Assembly: GCF_006345805.1 (NCBI RefSeq)
Contig: NW_021824994.1
Span: 1 to 17,073 of the forward strand
DNA from: Octopus sinensis
Lineage: Eukaryota
Reading direction: 5' to 3'
Length of the DNA: 17,073 bases
A model generated the notes under the pieces. That model did not search any database and had not been told where the DNA came from. It was given only the letters and a program-made list of their open reading frames with translations. Made by a program: the position numbers and the translations under genes. Shown in pieces: positions 16,457 through 17,073 of this stretch. Position 1 is the stretch's first letter. Each line of letters begins with the position of its first letter.

Positions 16457-17073
16457 AGTGCTGCCAATCTTATAGAAAGCTTTAGTGCCATGTTTCATCA
16501 TTAATTCACAGCAACGAATGAAGGGATCCAACCCGAGTCGCATAAATCGAATCGCTGCTCGACTTCGATTTAAATCTAACAATGATTATATTATGGAATT
16601 ACATAGAATATTAGCATGGGAAGACTCCGACATTTCCGTTCTGTACTGAATTATAACGAGGACCCTTTATTTCTGAAGAAAAGCCCTTCTCTAGGGTTCA
16701 GTGGTTCCCTCGAGGCCAGAGGTCAATAGTCACTCTAGGCCAGGGGCCAGCTGTCCTCGGCCAATGACCGCCTTCCCCCACCCACCACCACTCTAATTTT
16801 GATAAAACATTAAACAAAACAAAAGTATATCTCATTCACTCTTTAATATCAACCCATCCAGGACCGCCACCCCCTTCTGATTCCATGATATGAACTTCTT
16901 GTTTTAAATTGATTTAGATTAAAAGCTTCCAGCAAAATTCCATGTTAATCTATTCTCCAAATACCAAATGATTAATGACAAAGTTTATTTTATTTATTTA
17001 TTTTTTTATATGAAATTCTTCATTATTTTCAAAATATATTGGGAGAAAGACATCGTCTCTCAACTGAAATATG

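Noticed and set aside
467-16582. Many ORFs with poly-IY, CV, HT, I or L runs (e.g. 467-775, 2131-2446, 8719-9309, 12742-13302, 16090-16491)
   Set aside because: These are read-throughs of di-, tri- and tetranucleotide microsatellites that lack stop codons.
16711-16769. HDV-like ribozyme hint (ggtca/tgacc as P2, GGCCAA as J4/2, a plausible P4)
   Set aside because: Only 12 nt are available for P3, L3 and the P1 3' strand, where about 20 are needed; the nested double pseudoknot cannot be built.
1-17073. CRISPR arrays or prokaryotic operons
   Set aside because: No regularly spaced direct repeats; the composition and repeat content are eukaryotic.

Overview
AT-rich, microsatellite-saturated eukaryotic intronic or intergenic DNA. 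The repeat families look like those of an octopus (coleoid cephalopod) genome; this is recognition from memory, not a database result. No intact host protein-coding gene is supportable, and almost all long ORFs in the track are microsatellite or SINE read-throughs. The window contains: (i) a 5'-truncated, internally deleted, frameshifted R4/Dong-clade non-LTR retrotransposon (10918-12825, minus strand; partial RT, CCHC knuckle, restriction-like endonuclease) sitting in TAA/TTA repeats; (ii) at least 14 copies or fragments of three tRNA-derived SINE families, labelled A, B and E here, including a five-copy cluster at 9.6-10.85 kb; (iii) several 110-190 bp fold-back elements; (iv) short elements nested in (TA)n/(CA)n tracts. 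The main find is in group (iv). Four elements carry near-complete minimal type I hammerhead ribozyme cores (6577-6611 -, 7088-7140 +, 9370-9417 -, 14790-14824 -) and three more carry half-cores. Stem III is a different self-complementary palindrome in each family (ACGU, AUCGGU, ACAGCUGU, ACAUAUGU, ACUUCGAAGU), the architecture known for dimer-cleaving hammerheads of Penelope-like elements. No Penelope ORF is present, so these look like solo pseudo-LTRs or non-autonomous, retrozyme-like units associated with microsatellites. All alignments and folds were done by eye.
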